DNA of 64,000 bases from Orbicella franksi (taxonomy: Eukaryota): positions 23,746,001-23,810,000 of the forward strand of contig OZ116706.1 of NCBI GenBank assembly GCA_964199315.1, in the 5' to 3' direction. The position numbers and the translations under genes are program-made. Under the pieces are notes generated by a model. It saw only the letters and a program-made list of their open reading frames with translations. It did not search any database and was not told where the DNA came from. Positions 60,726 through 64,000 of this stretch are shown here, piece by piece (position 1 is the first letter of the stretch; every line of letters starts with the position of its first letter).

Positions 60726-62451
60726 CCAAACAGGATCTGCTGTTATAAGCAAGAATGACAAACAACAGGGTAACACGGGCCAGAATCTCGAAACTATAAA
60801 GACGGAGAAAGAAAACGGGTGTACTTCGTCTGAGTTCCAGCCGTGCGGAGTCATCTAAATCAATGCTTATAATTATATTATAATTATGCCGGCTGGTTCG
60901 ACTTTGATGAATGAGTAAAAACTTATGGTAGACTGGCGGCTTCCTACCCTGTAAACAAAATGACTATTAGCATTATTAAAACTACTCGACCCTAGAACGC
61001 CGGCCATGAACACCTGAAGCGGTCCCAAAACTGGACGTTTTAAAATATGTAGGGTGCGGGTTATCGATTAAAACCCAACAACTTTGGTGGAAATAGAATA
61101 ATCAAGACAGATGTGAAATAAACTGTTTCGAAATGTTTTGCCAAGTTTAAACTAGAAAGACTAATTAAACTGAAAGTGGATTTGTCTTTTCACTTTTGGC
61201 CGAAGTCTGCCCTCTTTCGTACCCGGAGCCCATGTAACTGATCCTGCGGGTTTGTACGGAAGAATGTTGACCGAAATTACGTGTACACTAAAGAAATAAA
61301 CCTCACACATTACTAAGACTGAATGTTACTTTATCTTTCTGTGTTCTTTAATATTAGCACCTGGTAATGAACTTACAATCCAACTATTAGTATACAGCTT
61401 AAATTTAACATTTTTAAAAATAGTACTTTGACATCAACAAAAATAATTTTGATAAGATTTCCTGTCTAAATTTTTGGACTAGGTTAACCTACTAGAAGAT
61501 CTCTGTTTATTTTCTGTCAAAACAGACTCGAAAGTAGCTAGGTTCTATCGCCATCAAACATAGTGATCGCAAGTCGACAAAACAACTAGAAACTTGCTTC
61601 TATCTATGACTACGTTTAGCCAGAGATTTCCACTGAAGGCTATGCCCCTTAAATAAAATAACATACGTTTAAAAGCACATTAAAACATCACTGCGCAAAA
61701 ATAAAACTGAATAAAGTAAAATCATGTAAGACTTCTAAGAAAATATATATCCCGTGAAACAAGTGACGTAGAAGCTAAGTATCGCCGAGTACACATTAAT
61801 AAAATCAGAAAGAACAAAATTGCCTAAAGGGAACTGCCCGTCAATTAAACTGCTATGTTTACTATTGTGGTTTCCATAACACTGAAACAGGCTCAATTAT
61901 AAGCTCCAGCTATCTATAACGTGGTCATTCACGAGAGGCAAAACCCAGAGCCACAGGTCTATCAAAGTCAATAGCTATCGAGACCGAGTGGTCTAACTGT
62001 TTTACCCGCATAACCAATGACTGAGTGAGATATTGACGGTTTTGTTCAAATGGAAAACCTTGTTGGAACCTTCTACTGATCGATATGTGACAGCTGCGTA
62101 ACTAATCAGATTACGAGTTTGTTCGCAATATTAAGCCACTGGGTTATGCTAGGTTTAGACAATTCATATGTCGAACATCATATACACGAGTCGAAAGCGT
62201 ATCCCGCCATAATAATCTACAACAATAATACATCTAAAGAGAAATTTCTAACCTAAACTATTTATGTTTTGTTGCACCAGGGTCCTATATTAATAGTATA
62301 ATTTTTGAGAGTCATGTACTCTACTATGTGGACCCATACCGCATGCGTGTTACCGCGTAGTGGAAGGTCTGTAGAGACTCTTGGATTACTCTCGGAGTCA
62401 GTAAAACGTAGTGGCGCTTTTAGCCTACTTCATTGCAAACTTGCAATCTAG

Positions 62452-62925
62452 CTACAAAGACACACTGATGGCCTGTCCATGAGGTTTACAGTACACCTTA
62501 CTCTCAGTTATAACAAAGTTACCAACTGTTAAGAGCCGATTGCACACAGAGCATTTGACGCACTGTCTGTGAAGCACACTGCTGTCAAAGTTACATTTCT
62601 CCATTTGGTAGACTGTTCTACCACACACCACGCACTTATCTGATGATACACTTTTCCCGGTGGAAGATACCTGACTTAGCGCTTTGTCTTTATTCGTTTC
62701 TTCTTCACTCAGAGATTTTCGAAATGGTACCTTTTTATCTACTTCGATGTTAGGCGTTTTGCTTCCGAATTGAGGCGCGTCGGGTGAGTTCTTCTTGTTC
62801 GTTAGTCCCTGTGGTTTAGTCGCTATTTTGGGTTTTTCCTTGACAGCAGGTTTCAATTTATTACCTTTATTATCGGATGTCAATGCGGGAGAGGACGACG
62901 AGTCAGTATCCACGTTCAGCGATGC
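62452..62925 (-). CDS. Terminal exon of a LIM-domain protein; gene continues beyond this exon, likely past the window end
   Basis: Acceptor TTTCTGTTTCAG before 62925. Pro/Lys-rich linker, then LIM CVVC-x17-HRQC-VKC-SVC-x17-CKPH, stop at 62452. Confidence 0.85.
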   Translation of the reverse strand, partial: ASLNVDTDSSSSPALTSDNKGNKLKPAVKEKPKIATKPQGLTNKKNSPDAPQFGSKTPNIEVDKKVPFRKSLSEEETNKDKALSQVSSTGKSVSSDKCVVCGRTVYQMEKCNFDSSVLHRQCVKCSVCNRLLTVGNFVITESKVYCKPHGQAISVSL

Positions 62926-63648
62926 CTGAAACAGAAAAAAAAATACATGTTTGAATTCTACAAGCAGGAAGTACGTTGATACACTTCGAAGCTCTTCTAG
63001 CGTGCCTAAGGTGGCTGGGAACAGTTTCCAGCGCTTTCCTAGACTTGAATTTTGATGGGTCATTATAACCACTTTTTATCAGTTGATACTACAATCATGG
63101 CGTCAAAAAACTACCCAATCATTGGACAACACAATGTTCTCATTTTTGTGACAAAATAGGTTTCCATAGTTACAGTATGGCCTGCTAAAAACACCAATAA
63201 TTTTAGCTTCAACCGCTAATTGTCTATGACGGAATTTTGATCTGCAGGATGAGATGCAATTTTTGACAAGGTTCTAAAAAATTCTGTCTAGGCGGGTTCA
63301 GAACCACCTTAAATTTCGAAAATTACGATGGCTCTCAACCCACTAAACAGAATTTTTTTAAACTTTGTCAAAAGTTGCGTCTTCTCATGCTTATTACAAT
63401 TTGACATGAAAATGGTGGTCACCGAGCTCAGTTTTGAGTTATAAGTACCTAAAGCTAAAAGTTATTGGCAGGTTGTACTGTTGCTGTGGTAACCTATTAT
63501 GTTGTATGTTAACAATTATTAGTTCATCAATGGCAGGGCATTATGTGATACCAATATTGCAGTATCACTGGATAAGTAGACGAAGCATCCATCTGTCAAA
63601 GTATAATTGTTCAAAAGAGTACTGGAAACTGTTGCCAGCCTCCTTAAG

Positions 63649-63813
63649 TAGTGGCGGATCTAGGGGAGGGACCCGAGGGGTACGCCCCCCATCCCCCGCC
63701 TCTTTTGGTTTAAAAAAGAATATCACAGAAGGAAGAAAAGCCGGCAGGGCAAGCAAAGAAAAAAAAACCCCGCCCCTCCCCTTCCCTTAGCTCAAGGTTT
63801 GGATCTGCCACTG
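63649..63813. mobile_element. hAT-like MITE with 5-bp TSD
   Basis: (C>T)AGTGGCGGATC / GGATCTGCCACTG; TTAAG at 63644-63648 and 63814-63818. Confidence 0.7.
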
Positions 63814-64000
63814 TTAAGCACCAGATTTCTTACAGAAAATAAAAGCTACCGGCTACCTTAAGGAAACACTATTTATTCTGTGTTAGAAATCAAATCCGAT
63901 AATTCTTGTTGGGGTGTCAAGAATTTATTGCGGGATATCAAGAATTCCGGCAGAGCTTGGTCTACAACTATATTAACTAGCACATTGCTAGTGATAAACA

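Noticed and set aside
62926-63072. Upstream extension of the LIM ORF as coding
   Set aside because: A strong polypyrimidine acceptor precedes 62925, and no convincing donor defines an extra exon.
1-64000. CRISPR arrays, rRNA, prokaryotic operons, in-frame Sec TGA
   Set aside because: No regularly spaced repeats or rRNA motifs. Genes are spliced eukaryotic, and none of the models needs TGA read-through.

Overview
Eukaryotic, AT-rich, repeat-dense genomic DNA with spliceosomal introns and one sized N-gap (38020-39005). Gene content and repeat types suggest an anthozoan cnidarian, probably a stony coral (inference). I rebuilt spliced gene models by hand and checked intron phases. They are: a 2-exon BMP/GDF-type TGF-beta ligand (+, 21554-22804); 13-exon Nup54 (-, 26316-35965), head-to-head with a 4-exon POLR1D-isoform-2-like gene (+, 36233-40286); an 8-exon Nudix hydrolase of the NUDT20/YJR142W/Tnr3 type (-, 42592-50631), head-to-head (161 bp) with the first of two intronless cytidine deaminase paralogs (+, 50793-51245 and 53474-53917); a 4-exon GRXCR1-like gene (+, 58219-60725); and the last exon of a LIM-domain gene (-, 62452-62925). 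The first ~21 kb has no clear host gene and is packed with mobile DNA. This includes an inverted Penelope-like retroelement remnant with two hammerhead ribozyme motifs (one intact, one lacking the cleavage site), a tRNA-like/SINE nest with a long TSD, and two TIR elements carrying ORFs and direct-orientation subterminal motifs. An AcademH-like element with a RecQ relic lies in a Nudix intron, and MITEs are scattered throughout. Family names come from remembered sequence similarity, not database searches.
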